Below, piece after piece: positions 1-15,764 of a DNA stretch of 64,000 bases (positions are counted from its first letter, which is position 1; each line of letters starts with the position of its first letter). The notes under the pieces were generated by a model. It was not told the DNA's origin. It ran no database searches and saw only the letters and a program-made list of their open reading frames with translations. This DNA is from Octopus sinensis (taxonomy: Eukaryota). The stretch is from positions 82,026,001 to 82,090,000 of the forward strand of contig NC_043005.1 in the NCBI RefSeq assembly GCF_006345805.1, read 5' to 3'. The translations under genes were made by a program, and so were the position numbers.

Positions 1-369
1 ACATGTATTTTAATTTTCTTTTTGGGAAAAAAGGACGCAGGATTCAAATAAGATAGTTTTTACATTTGTGTGAATCCATTAAACTTGAAAAACCAATTAC
101 AATAAAAATCGGGTGTATTTTGCTTTAATCAGGAAGGACTTCATAGTTTGCACAATGTTAGATACATAAACTGGTTGGTTGGCAATCAAACAGAGAGGTC
201 GTACGGGTTTCGATTTCTCTCCGTTTGTTTTTAATTTTGTTTATTTTTACTTTTGTTTTTGAAAGCGTTGTAAATAAACCGGCTTTTTTCTTTTTCTCTT
301 CATTTCTTTTTTCTTTTTTTATTTTGTTGACTGTGCAGTTCTGCAAAAGGTTATACTGAAAATAAACAG

Positions 370-745
370 AAAGACAGGCAGACAGACAGATAGGTAGACA
401 GATAGAGGGATGGATGGACAGATAAATAAACAGCTACATACAGACATGGGTTATCAGATAGGTATATGGATAAATGGATAGATAGGTAGACATATAGATA
501 AATGGAAAGATAAACAGCTACATAGAGAGAGAGAGAGAGAGATGTAGAGACAGACATACAGACAGATAGATAGATGGATGGACAGATACAGGGAGAGGTG
601 GATGGATGAATTGATAGAGAAACTGTTTATTAGATAGATAGATACATGTAGAGATAGGCAGGTACATAGAGTTAGAGACCAAAAGACTACCAATTAGTCG
701 CGTATAAAAGAGAGATAGACTGACCGATAGATAGACCGATAGATA
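370..745. repeat. Degenerate (GATA/GACA/GGAT)n tetranucleotide tract
   Basis: Visible periodic agat/agac/ggat units. Confidence 0.9.
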
Positions 746-1349
746 GACCGCCGTGCTGCCCGGCATTCGCGATCATTAACGGCTCTTGACACACACCTGC
801 ACTTCAATAAACGACGCATACCTGCACACTGCACACATTACACACATACGCACATTTTTATATGCAGGGCTGTACGTGGTAGCACAAATTGCTAGAAATA
901 GCAACCAAATCTTTCCAGAGTTGTACTATACTGCCTTACAGAATGATAAATATCGCATTGGAGAATGCAGAACAACAAATGAATAAATAAATGGGATGGT
1001 CATGGCTGGAATGCTATTGATCGAAGGCCCACTCAAACAGGAATGAAAGAGGGTCTAAACGATAAAATCAATATTAACAACTACAAGGATGACGACGATC
1101 ACACCACCTCTACCACGACCACCACCACCGATAACAACAACAACAACAACGGAAATAACAAAACTGTATACTTAGTTACACAGGCACACACTCATACAAT
1201 CACACACGTGCACATACAGGCACAGGTGCATTCTTTCTTTTTTCCACTTTCACTTTCCCTTTCTCACTCTCTCTCATTCTCTCATACAGTCACTCACACA
1301 TATGTGATACACTTCAGATCAAACTTCTGCATACATATGTTTTTAATTG

Positions 1350-1405
<56 letters not shown>

Positions 1406-1441
1406 CTATTACCTGTATAAAATAAAATACTGTAATATATA

Positions 1442-1500
<59 letters not shown>

Positions 1501-1732
1501 ATATATGTATGTATGTCTGTATACATGTATGTATATATGTTATGCATATTAGCGTTGAAATATTATTGAACTAAAAATCCCCATATATGGAATAGTTGAA
1601 TCCAAAATTCAAACGTTTTCATTATATATATATATATTTATATATTTGTCTACTTGCATTCACAGTGTTATCAACGATTTATTTCACGTCTCTCGAAGTT
1701 TCCAAATTCCTATGACGTAAACAACATATGTA

Positions 1733-1763
<31 letters not shown>

Positions 1764-1999
1764 TTACACACGCACACACACATATATATGTGTGTGTGTG
1801 TGTACTTAGATATATACACATACCTCTATGTAAAATACATATGCACGAATAAAACACAAGAAAAAGCCGCATACATCGCTGCACATTCGTCTATCGAATA
1901 CTTACTTTTACAATCATCTCATCATACACTGATTGTAAATAAAGAGGTGTTACCCCGCAAATATATAAAAAAAGAAAGAGACATGGTGAGAGGCTAGGA

Positions 2000-2240
2000 A
2001 TGAAACGGAGAGAGAGAGAGAGAGAGAGAGGGAAATGTATTTATAAAGCGAGAGCGATTGAGAGATAGAAAGAGAGAGTGAGAAATAGTGAAAAGAGAGA
2101 TAAGTGATAAGAGCGAAAGACCAAATGACAATAGAGAAAGAAATAGGAAAATACAGAGTGAAAGAGAAAAAGAGGAAGAGAGAGAGAGAGAGAGAGAGAA
2201 GAGGGGAAAAAGAGAGAGAGTGAGAGAAGGAGCAATCAGT
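2000..2240 (+). promoter_or_regulatory. Candidate promoter: (GA)n-rich tract ending in initiator-like TCAGT (2236-2240)
   Basis: GA repeats, then caaTCAGTgag about 260 nt upstream of ATG 2496. TCAGT is the common invertebrate Inr consensus. Inference only. Confidence 0.3.
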
Positions 2241-2495
2241 GAGTGAGTGAGTGAGTGAGTGAGCTAACGGATGTACTACTAAAAGCCGATGCGAGCCTTT
2301 AGAGAGATTAGCTGAAAACCACCCTAGCCGGGAAGAAAGGGAGTTAGGGAGAGAGACGTCATACATGTCCATATATGAAATTGTTGCATTATTATTATTA
2401 TATACACTTAAGACCAGTGTAAACTAAAAAAAAAAAAATTTAATAAAAAATAAACAAAAAATTTATCCGAACCATTTTGCCGGAATTCTACCGCA

Positions 2496-2624
2496 ATGGA
2501 GGAAGTAGCAGCTATGAAACCGTACATGTCTTCGCCAGACCAAGTATCATTGTCGAGACGGTCGAGTGGAAAATCCACCAGGGTTTCGCCCTCAACAAAA
2601 CTCGCACGAGCCGCTGCAAAAAAG
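2496..2624 (+). CDS. Candidate first coding exon (43 aa, MEEVAAMKPYMSSPDQVSLSRRSSGKSTRVSPSTKLARAAAKK) of an unidentified gene
   Basis: High-complexity, CpG-rich island between microsatellites. Start context gcaATGG, 129 nt open, phase-0 donor AAG|GTACGG, A-rich leader upstream. No homolog recognised and no downstream exon securely linked. Confidence 0.45.
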
Positions 2625-3050
2625 GTACGGATTATGTATGCACAGACACACACATACTCGCACACAAACAAGCACATACACACACACACATGTACATATA
2701 TACCGGCATGCACATAAACACATACGTGTGCACTCATAGGTGCACACAAATATACATGCACATGCACATACATACACATATATACACACACACAAAATCA
2801 CAAACGCAAACACACGTGTCCGTATATACAAACATATATACGGATACTTGTGACCACAAGTATACAGACACCAATATATAGAAACGCGCGCGCGCACACA
2901 TACATCGATACGCATTCAAACACACACACATACGCACACATGTGTGTGTGTACATATATATATCGATGTATCTATATCTATATATATGCATGTATGTGAA
3001 TTACTGTCCACATACATGCATACACAGAGGGTGTCATTGACAAAAAAAAT

Positions 3051-3086
<36 letters not shown>

Positions 3087-3942
3087 TATATATACATATG
3101 TGTCTGTGCACGTATATATATATATACACATATATTGATATACACGGTCATACATTCACATACATACACATGTGCATACAAGCTTGCACTGAAAAATCAT
3201 GCATGCATGCATACTTACATACACATGTGCATATATACATGCATGTATATATACTTAAACGTACAGAGATACATACATACACGCATGCATACATACACAC
3301 ATACATATACTTACGCTCATAGATACATGCATACATACATAAAAACATACATACATACATTCATACAGTGAGGCTGCCCGGTCCGATTAGAAGTATTATC
3401 TGTAAGAAGAACATTAAAAATATACAAGAGTTTTTTAAAGTTATAAATATCATTCTTCACTCAGCTTGTTTTCCAAATCCAAGGAATGGAGAATTTTGTC
3501 TATCTTAGGCCACCACCATCTTACTAGAAATGAAATAATTGATAAAAATTATTAGATAACAATTATATAGACATACATATATACTCATAAACAGATAATT
3601 AAACCATTCATGTGTGTATGTATATGTATGTCATATATATATATATATACATATATATGTGTGTGTGTGTGTATGAGTGTACAGACATATAAATATGTAC
3701 TTATGTATACACACACATATATAAAGGCGGTGCTTCAGCATGGCCGCAGTCAAATGACTGAAATAAGTAAACGGATAAAACAATATAAATATATGCATGC
3801 ATGCACATACATATATATATATACAAACATGCATATAAACATACATACATACATACATACATGCATATATATATATATATATATAACTTATAATAACTTA
3901 TATACATATATATGTATCTATATATATATATACATATATACG

Positions 3943-3973
<31 letters not shown>

Positions 3974-4625
3974 CACATGATCATACATAAATTCATATAT
4001 ACATAGGAGCAGCAGGCATACGTGCATAGATAAAGAAGTATATGTATGTATATATACATGAATCTTGACCGGCAAGAATTCTGCAGAAATTACCAAGAAA
4101 TACGTGGATACTTACATGCTTTATGTAGATACAATTATACATACACACACACACACACCGGTAAATAAACACGTATATATTATTACAAAATATACGCACC
4201 TGCATATCTACAACGTGTGCATTCATACAATTACATAGACGCTGACATATACTTATAGGAACCGGCACACATATATAGATGCATGCATGCATTCGATCAC
4301 AGACTCGCATGTATTCTTACACATATGTAGACACACAAATAAACACACACACATACATATATACATACATGCGCATGCATACATCCTGAGATAAAATCCA
4401 CCTGCATGCCAAATATATACGCACACATGAACGTATATCCATTCAATCCATTCACAGGAACAGTTAAGCCTATATGTATACATACAAACCGGCAAAATTC
4501 ATATGCACACATACATGCGGCACGAATGCCTTCTTAGACACACACATACGCACCCATGCATATATGCACAAAAGCTATACTTAGATATATATTCAATTGC
4601 GCTTAAATATACACATATGTGCAAA

Positions 4626-4688
<63 letters not shown>

Positions 4689-5044
4689 GTACACACACGT
4701 AAATGACTAAGAACCAAAACATATATATACATATACGTACGCACATACACTTAGATGTGTATATATATATATTTATATATATGTGTGTGTGTAGATATAT
4801 ATATGCCTACATATTTGTATACGTGTGTGTGCATATATATATACATATATATATCTACACTCACACACACACACACACACACATATACATATACATACAT
4901 TCATACACACATATGTGTACACATAACACTTTCATTAGACATACTTTATTAAATCTCTTTATTTTATAAATATTTAAACACCTTTTTAAAAATAATTTCT
5001 TGAATTGTAACATTTTATGTTTTTGTAATGTTGTTTTCGCCGTG

Positions 5045-5410
5045 TTGTTGATTAAACTGTCGTTGATTCGTTACTTTCATTACTGGCCAGCCACCGGTCA
5101 AGCACTAATCAACAGATCTTTATGGGCAAATTACGTTCTAACTGTGACCAACCGTAGTGAAGCTTAACGTGTTTAAGTGAACCAGATTCTATATAACCTA
5201 AGTGAACTGGAGACGTTTGTATGTGATTTGAGACAGGTTTGGTTGTTATTTCAAGCATATCGTGTGACCTCATACAGGCTCACTTGCAGACTAGTTGAGT
5301 GTTTGGTTCATTAGTTAGTGATTTCGTCCGACCCGGCTAAGTAGCGGTTTTGCAAACATACGATGGAAGACGTTCCAAAGGTGACCATTACATCTTTTAA
5401 AGTCCCCCTT
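5045..5410. mobile_element. Interspersed repeat (SINE-like) fragment
   Basis: The segment tttggttgttatttcaagc resembles tttggctgctatttctagc at about 6333 and the reverse complement gctagaaatagcaaccaaa at about 891. Confidence 0.4.
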
Positions 5411-5654
5411 GTTTTCTGTACATTATAGAATGTGTCCTTGTAAAAATACAAAACAATAAAATTTGAATTAAAGATGATTTAAATGCTATTTCATGTAGAC
5501 AACGGGCTCCACTACTGTACGTGTTTAATTGTTGTTGTTCATGTTGATGTTGTTTCTGTAGTTATTTATCTCCAAGGCAACCCTGACTGAAAGGAGCTTT
5601 GATCAAACACTTCAAAACATGTTTTTAAAGAATTTTATTTTAAAAACGAGAGAA

Positions 5655-5702
<48 letters not shown>

Positions 5703-5724
5703 AATTAAAATTAAACAAATCATT

Positions 5725-6050
5725 ATTAATAAAAGAAATCATTATCGCCATCGTCAACATCTTCCTCACCATCATTCATCCTCATCATCATCATAATCAT
5801 CGTCATTATTACAACCATCACATCATCATCGTTATCATCGTCCTCACCATTGTCGTCATCGTCGAGGTCAACGTCATCATCATCATCGTCATCATCACCA
5901 TCGTCGTCATCATGACCGTTGTCGTCGTCGTCATCATCATCATCACTACCACAACCGACCCCTCCCCCTCCAACCACCATCATCATGGTCATCATCATCA
6001 TCATCATCATTATTATCATCATAATCGTTATTATTAATATTATCATTAAT
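5725..6050. repeat. Degenerate (CAT/CGT)n trinucleotide tract
   Basis: Direct inspection. It explains the poly-D/I/M ORFs in the track. Confidence 0.9.
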
Positions 6051-6119
6051 ACATGTGGCAGTATGTTACACGAGGCATCTTCCTACAGGTCAACGACCAA
6101 CGGCTACGTACGGACACGG

Positions 6120-6150
<31 letters not shown>

Positions 6151-6734
6151 TATACGCACGCATACACACATGCACCCGTCCACACATGCGCGGCCTCGCG
6201 GCAGTTCTTATTGTCAGCATCCTTGGTCAGTATCGATAAAGCATATTTGTAAACTAAATCACATCCAGCGCCGATCATCACGGCAAAAATATATCTCGCT
6301 TCACACTTAGGTACGGTGCAATTCGACAAACATTTGGCTGCTATTTCTAGCGGATCGAACGACCACGTAGATTTTTGCCACGTTTGGCTCGTTGATTCTC
6401 TATAGGTGGTGGCCTGTTAGCTTCTTGTTGCTGTAGGTTTTCAGGGTTGTCGTCATCAGCGGGAACGCTATTGTTGTCGTTGTTGTTCTTATTGTTTTTA
6501 TCTATATTGTTGCTCTCCTCTATTGTTTTCTCGTTTTCTTTTCGCCGGTTAACGTTTTTCTTAACTTTCTGTGGTTTAAGAGGACAGAACCGACCCAGCA
6601 TATGGCTACACTTTGCTAGATGAAATGAAAACAGAAAAATGGAAATGAAAATAAAATCAATACTGTCACACGCATGCCTATACATACATACATACATACA
6701 TACACACACACGTATTTGTGTGTATCTGAATTTA

Positions 6735-6739
6735 CTTAC

Positions 6740-6825
<86 letters not shown>

Positions 6826-6910
6826 GCCTCTCTCTCTCTCTCTATCTATCTATCTGCCTCTCTCTCTCTATATCTATCTATCTATCTATCTATCTATCTG
6901 CCTCTCTCTC

Positions 6911-6979
<69 letters not shown>

Positions 6980-6980
6980 A
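6735..6980. repeat. (TCTA)n microsatellite
   Basis: Direct inspection. Confidence 0.95.
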
Positions 6981-7062
6981 TGACAGTGTATCTATCTGTC
7001 TGGCTATCTGTCTCTTTATCTGAGTGTCCGTCCGTCTATCTATCTGTCTTGTATCCACACAC

Positions 7063-7098
<36 letters not shown>

Positions 7099-7499
7099 CT
7101 GGTTGTATTAAACGGGGCACGATCTAACACTCCGCCCTGCTTAACACCTCCACCTTCTTCTTTTATAACGGAGCGCATATTTTTACGAGTAGTGATCCAC
7201 GTCCGTCTCCTGTTTGAGAACAACTCCCTATGTTTATCCCATTTATCCCATAATCCTTGAAAACCTTAAAAAACTAAATCGCAGGGGCGTGCCCTTTTGC
7301 AGAGCACGAAAGCAGTGAAAAACACCAGAAGATAAATGTGGATCTTAATTGAACGCGACAGAACAGTACCGAAAATTGATATTGTCATATTTTGCGATGT
7401 ATCATGACGGCAAAGTCAGGAGTTTTAAGACAGGGGCCGATTCTTTCTTTGAAACGTGTTGACAACAGATGACATGTAGTGTGTATGTAATGTATGTGA

Positions 7500-7770
7500 C
7501 ACAGAACACACTTGACACGGGCTGTCTTCAAGCAAACAACACGTTTACGTACGCACAAAGACAATCTCTTGCACTCATATTTTTTCTGCCTCTCTCTCTC
7601 TCTCTTTCTCTCTCTTTGCGTGTGTGTATGTATGTATGTACACATATGCACTCACAGAAAACAGAGAGAGATAGAGAGAAGGTGACAGAATATGAGTGCC
7701 AGAGATTATGTTTGTGTGTACGTAAACGTGTTGTTTGCTTCAAGACAGCCCGTGTCAAGTGTGTTCTGTG
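7500..7770. repeat. Long inverted repeat (82-bp arms 7500-7581 and 7689-7770)
   Basis: The left arm cacagaacacacttgacacgggctgtctt...actcatatt matches the reverse complement of the right arm with 5 mismatches by my alignment. Inner (TC)n and (GA)n tracts extend the pairing. Confidence 0.9.
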
Positions 7771-7916
7771 ACATATTATGTATATCATATATATATATAT
7801 ATATATATATGGAGAGAAAGAGAGAGAGCATTATATAGATAGATTTGTATATATGTGTATATGTATATATATATAAACACACACACACAAATCTATCTAC
7901 CTCTCTATCTATCTAC

Positions 7917-7982
<66 letters not shown>

Positions 7983-8980
7983 AACTCTCTCGCCCCTCCC
8001 TCTCTATATATGATATGCATAATACATACTCACATATACTATATACATACATACTTATATATGTATGTATGTATGTATGTATTAATATATGTGTGTGAGC
8101 TAGAGACACACGCACACGTACATATCTATAGGCTTCGTTCACACACACACAGACACACAGAGATATACACGTGCTAGTCTGAAACATACAACGCATCATT
8201 AACCGTTGAGAGAAGGTTCTACACGATCGATCTCACAAGTTAGAAATACCAACAGAAATCGCTCTCACACCACAAAGATTCTCTTAAAACAATAAACAAA
8301 TGAAATCCGAACGTCACGTTAGAAGCAGTAGTTTGTGATCACACAAAAAAAAATACGTGATGGATGGTTAAAAGCGGAAAAGCGGAACGGTTTTTGATCA
8401 TTTATCAGCTCCATCAGAGCTGACAGAGAAAGAAAAAATTAAGAAGATGACACATACATGACATGCAGGGACACTTTAAAGAAACATGCGCAAACACACA
8501 AACACATCCTAGCTTTCTCATACATTTTCATACACGTCCTCTCGTTTTCCTGTCCACCGCCACCCATACCCACACACTCACATGCTTGTGTGTACATGTA
8601 TGTATTTAAGAGTGTCTGTATAGATGTGTTTGAATGTGTATGTATGTGCCTTCGTGTTTGCGTGTATGTGTCTCAATCAGTCCGGTGCATGTGGTTTTGA
8701 CGGTGCTGTATAATATTTAGTGCCGTAGTTCTACAAATTTACCGTTTTCAGTCTTAAAGCATTATTCTAGGAATAAGGTAAACGAATTCTTTTCTCAAGC
8801 GTAGCCGCACATATATAACGAATCGGTAGGAATAAGAATATAGGCCAAAACATACGGAAATAGACGGCGGCGGGTGGGGAAGGGGGATTTGAATGTCTAG
8901 TTAGCATAGATACAGGTGAACAATCAAATAGGTAGAACCAGATTCGTTTGTATGTAGGTATATCTATATCTCTCTCTCTT

Positions 8981-9011
<31 letters not shown>

Positions 9012-9022
9012 ATATATATATG

Positions 9023-10139
<1,117 letters not shown>

Positions 10140-10774
10140 GAGAGAGTGAGAGAAACAGAGTGGAAAAGAGAGAAAAAAGCGAGTCAGTCAGGTTCACTGA
10201 TAGTAACAATATAGCAAGATAGACACATTCTTAGCATGAAACAATGAACTGATATAACAGCATATAGATATATAAAGTTCAGTGTGTGTGTACGTACGTA
10301 TGTATGTATGTTGGTATGTATGTATGTATGTATGTTGGTATGTATATATGTATGTATATATATATATGTATATATATATGTGTGCTGTTTGATGATACAT
10401 GCATGAGTACATTGGGATAAATGTACATCTATCCATAATATGCAATTATATGGATACGCATTTGCAAGGTAGATGAAAATTTCACTTGACTTCTGTGCGT
10501 ATACGCGCCTGATTTCGCTCTGCGTAACCGCACGTATGTATATGTACATGTGTGGTAAAGAGAGCAGTGAAAAAATGAATCACCATAGAGAAAGTGAAAG
10601 TAGGTATAGGAGTTATGAAAAATGGTACTTTCAAATGATAACATTTTACATCGTTTGTCTACTATTCAAATCCTTTCCCTGTCTTTGAGCATGTTTTCGT
10701 GCACACAATGTAGATGTACCCCCCCCCCCCACATACATAAGCAAACTCACATTAATAATAAAAATAACTACTTG

Positions 10775-11450
10775 GATAGAATACAAATCAATTAGATCGA
10801 CCCAGTGTTGAACTGGTATTTATTTTATTGACCCTAAAATGATGTGAAAAGTAAAGTTGACCTCGGTGGAATCTGAACTCAGAATGTGAAATCCGAAGAA
10901 ATGCCGCAAATCATTTTTGTCGAACATTCTAGCGTTTGTTTCAGCTCGCCGACTTAACATTTATAGTAATTATTTCAATAATTCTTTCAAATAATTCTTT
11001 CAAATTTGGCCCAAGGTCAGTAACTGTAGCGGGATGGGGGACAAATAGATTATATTAATTCTACTACTTGATAGAATTTTGTTTTATCCACACCAAAAGG
11101 ATTAACGACAAACTCGACCTTGGCAGAATTTGAACTCATGACGTAAAGAGACGGAAGAAATGCCGGAAAGCCTTTTCTCCGGTGCGCCAACGATTCTGAC
11201 TGCGCATCGCATTTATAATACCAGCAATGACTTTGAATTTTAGAATGAGGCCGGCAAGTTCGGTGGAGGGTGATACTAGATTACCCCCAACCCCGGTGCT
11301 CAACTGGTACTTATTTTATCGACCCGGAAAGGATGTAATTTAAAGTTGACCTCGGTGGAATTTGAACTCAGAATGTAGGGTCCGAAGCAATGCCGCATTA
11401 CATTTTGTCCTATGCTGCGCTAACAATTCTGTCGGCGCGTCGCATTGACA
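10775..11450 (-). mobile_element. Three head-to-tail copies of tRNA-derived SINE family B
   Basis: Repeated gacctcggtggaatttgaactcagaa (a B-box GTTCAAATTCC on the minus strand), followed by ...cagctcgccg head remnants. Confidence 0.8.
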
Positions 11451-12024
11451 ATATGTTATGACTTGACAAACAGTACAAATCTCCGGTAGACACAATATCT
11501 TCAATCAACAATGCCACGATATTGTATACTGTTCGACGTCTATAATAATAATAATAATAAGTAGTAGTAGTAGTAGTAATAGTAAATTAGAAATTGACAA
11601 ATAATACTCATGTGTATAGGCAATGCAGGGAACTTTTACTTGACCTGTGTTCTAAAAGGCATCACTGTGTGATTGGTGAAAGCTGTTTTGATGTTCGCAT
11701 CCGTAAAAGCCATTGTGTGAACAAGCGTGCGAATCTGTGAATTTGCTTTTATCGTGCTTGCTTGCGTCTTGGCTTCCTCAGATGTCTGAAATTTTACAAA
11801 AGCGAAATTTTTTTTTCAAATTCAATTCATCGGAGCAGTCTGTCATCCAATCGCTGTACCTGTCCGTATACACTCGCACACAAGTACACACAGGTTCTCA
11901 CACTCACTGTCATTACCCCACCCCGCACAAACAAATCACTCCTTGTGTGTGCTTGTGCGTATCTGTCTCTGATTCTCTCCATCTTGTATGAGTTTGTGTG
12001 CGTAAGTGTGTGTGCATATACGTA

Positions 12025-12073
<49 letters not shown>

Positions 12074-13030
12074 GTATATTTTTTTCCGTAATAAGATAAA
12101 AAAAAAACAAGGCTGTGTAGATTTTAGAACATATATAAATAGGTCTTCTAGGATATTTATTATATCCCTTCATTAGAGACGGTGTGAGAAGATGGTTAAG
12201 CAATAGTTATTTTAGATAAGATACAAAATAGAGAATGAAGTGGAGGAATGGAAATAGATGTGTGATATGCAGGGATATTGCATTTGTAGATTCATTATTT
12301 AGGCAGAATGGTATATATATAAGATTCTAATACCTCATGAGTAAAATCCAATAGTGTTTAAAATTGCATACATTTATATACATATATATATATATACATA
12401 CATACATACACTTTGACGCATATACTTACATACAAACACATACATATGCATATGTGAGAGTGTGCGTGAGTATGTGTGCAAAAGGTGTTCGTCCATTTTG
12501 AACAAGGTTAACCACAATCAATAATTGGCAGTGCATGTGTATACTTATGTGTGTGTGTGTGTGTGTGTCTGTGTGTGTGTGCATGTGCGCGTATGTGTGT
12601 GCGTGTCCATGTATATATATATACGTGTTATGTGTGTAAAATCTCTATTAGAAAACCATTTAAATTATTTAAATACTTCATTGCATATTTCCATATTCTC
12701 AGAGCCAAGAGTTAGGCGCCGAGTGGGACATTATCTGCAAGTTGATTTAGCTTCTGGCGAGAAGTCAATTCACTGCATCACTTGTGCTACAAACGCTGAA
12801 CATATGAACGAGAGCAACTGTTACACAAGCACATCTCTCTCGGCCAGCATCATATATTTGTGGCTGAGGGTAGGATTTCGTATGCGCAGGCAATAAATAA
12901 TCAATCAATGTATAATTAGAGAAAGAGGAGAAGAATTAAATTCTGATAACAGCCAGGCACCTATCCAACCTCACACACACTTACACAAACACATACGCAT
13001 ATATCTGTAACAAAAAATCACATTTATGAA

Positions 13031-13122
<92 letters not shown>

Positions 13123-13486
13123 TTATATGTGTGTGTGTATGTGTATATTTTTATTTAGATACATGAGTGTGTGTGTGTGGTGTGTGTGTGTGTGGTGTGT
13201 GTGTGTGTGTGTGTAAGATACGTGGTTTGGAATCTCGCAGGTAAAGCTCGATCTTACCTTTTTACTATTGAAACTTTCTATTTGTTTTGGGATTCCGATA
13301 GTTATTTGTTCCTTCTATTAAAAAGAATTAAAGTCATTTCACATCTTCTCCAAGGGTTAATATTTTCATACTAAACATAAGTATGAAGCTTTTATGCACA
13401 CATTCACACACACACACACAGATAGAAAAATGCGTACATATTCATCTATCTATCTATATGCATATATACAATACATACACACTAAC

Positions 13487-13544
<58 letters not shown>

Positions 13545-13558
13545 GTTTGTATGTACTG

Positions 13559-13653
<95 letters not shown>

Positions 13654-14810
13654 AAATTATGCGCTTACACACATACACACACACGTCGGTTTCAATTTTC
13701 AATTCCGGTTGAAATCATTTCGTTTGACATACATTGCTTTTGTTTAAATTGCTTTCCATTTTTATTAAATGTTTTCTAGAAAGAAAATAAATGAAATAAC
13801 AATAAAATATAAATACAATAATAATGAAAAAACAAAAACAAAAAAAAAAGAAATAAGACGCGGGAATTCATTCGCTTAGCAAAGAGTGTCAATTCTTCTT
13901 GCCAGCTTTGAGAAATCAATATTAAGCTATCGCAGTGAATGACGTAAATGCTGTCGTTATTTAGCTCTGATCATGCATACCTAATAACAAAGTATTCCGG
14001 CCATGACCCTCCTATCTCATTTGCAAGCATTTTCTCCAAACAATCTCATCCAATGTCTCTCGATTTTTTAAAATATGGCACGTTTTTAGGGGAACTTAAC
14101 TTCAACTTCTAGCAGAGCCACAGGCACTCTGTAGCTTTCCACAAGATTGGAACCTGAATGTATTTTCGAATTCCTTGCGTTGGAAACATTTATCTCACTT
14201 TGTGTAACAAAAAATAAGACAAAAATATTTTCTATTTTAAATGTCCCATTTTGCCATCCGAGATCGATAAAATTATTCAACAATCTAAGATGGTGGACAA
14301 GGGGTAAACTTAAAGGCTTTTACACTACTGTTTTCTGGTTGCGGGAATTGTTCCAGCTTTTCGGGTCCTAAGTTGCAAGGCAGGTGTAGCAAACTTTTAT
14401 GTATCTAGCTGAAAATACGATGACTTGTAAAAAATGCCCGAAGGAAGGCAACAAGCACCCAGCACAAAAAAATACTTGTCAAGCAATATAGCAATATAGC
14501 TCTGTCGAGAAACACACCGGTCTCTGGTACTCGGCCTGATGACGCGAAAGTGTGGGAATTTAAGGAATTACTAATAGTTACTCAATGTAATCTTTGAGTT
14601 GGTCTTTTTTTTTACCGAAGTAATTATGGTGATCGCATAGTGTTGAAAAGACCTACCTATGGTATGAATCTCCTTCCTACGAATAGATAATTTACATATT
14701 TTCTTTTTAATCAACTGTAAAAATAATGAAGTGAATTATTTTTGTGTGATCATTTGACTAAATTTTCTTTTAATTTTTCTCTTAATCATTGTATCGTTAA
14801 AAGTTGTATA

Positions 14811-14847
14811 TAACTGCAATTTCGACCTTATTGAGTTTCATCAGTAG
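14811..14847 (-). ncRNA. Degenerate hammerhead-ribozyme-like motif (Penelope terminal-repeat type)
   Basis: Minus strand reads CTGATGA-aactcaataaggtc-GAAA-ttgcagtt. The core is intact but stems II and III are decayed. Confidence 0.4.
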
Positions 14848-14939
14848 GACGAGATCATGAATGTAGTGCGCATCAAGTATTGCGTTACTTTTCAGTAAAT
14901 TAACTTTACAAAAAGAAGAGAGACAACAGTTAGATAATA

Positions 14940-15085
14940 CTTTCTGCTATAGGCACAAGTCTTAATATAGTCGGGTAGGGGTGCTAATCCAGTACATTTA
15001 TCCCTGTGTTCAACTGGTATTTATTTCATCGACCCCGAAAAGATAAAATGCAAAGTCGACCTCGGCGGAATTTCAGCAGAGATTG
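14940..15085 (-). mobile_element. SINE family B fragment
   Basis: Contains tcgaccccgaaaagat...aaagtcgacctcggcggaattt, as in the other family B copies. Confidence 0.75.
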
Positions 15086-15726
15086 TAAAGACGAAAGCTA
15101 TACAATCATTATTATTGACTTTCACATATAACCAATATTATGGCGAGTGAACAACTCTGGCTGGCTTGGTAATCCTACATAAGATAAAATACTAGTCTAA
15201 TTACATTCATTTACACATATGTCAGTAACGCAAGCGTGTGAATCAATTAAAAGTGTTTCACAGGCGCCTCCTCCTATAGCTTTAAATTACACACTTCCTG
15301 CAATGTTTACATGTGGCTAAATGAACGTGGAATGACCCTGTTCAGTTTTTATCGAACACTTAGTTATGGACATATAAAAACGGAGATTACATAGCAGAAT
15401 CTGTCGACCGTTTTCTAGTTGTCTTTTAGGCTATCGATTCGGCATATCCACAGTCATTTAAAATGGGCTGCTGCGAAATACAGCGTGGATTCCATAGAAG
15501 ATTAGATAAGAAGCCAATGAATTAAGTCTAGTCTGCAACCTATTTTCATTTCTCACCAGAAGCCGAATAGTCTCAGTTATAAAAGTGTAATTTTCTCTTT
15601 AACAGTACATAAATATAATATCAGGATTTTGTCTGAACCACAAAGAACTGCAAACAACAAAACCAAAAATTTTTTTTTTTTTTGTTTGACCACATAGGCG
15701 GCGGGTTCAATAATAATAATAAAAAT

Positions 15727-15764
<38 letters not shown>

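Noticed and set aside
6347-6709. 120-aa Asn/Lys-rich minus-strand ORF
   Set aside because: Built from (TTG)n-type low-complexity sequence and a repeat fragment, with no credible start or splice context.
14530-14556. CTGATGA followed by cgcGAAA as a hammerhead (also similar partial hits near 18013, 32467, 33339 and 61067)
   Set aside because: No valid stem II / GAAA / stem III arrangement.
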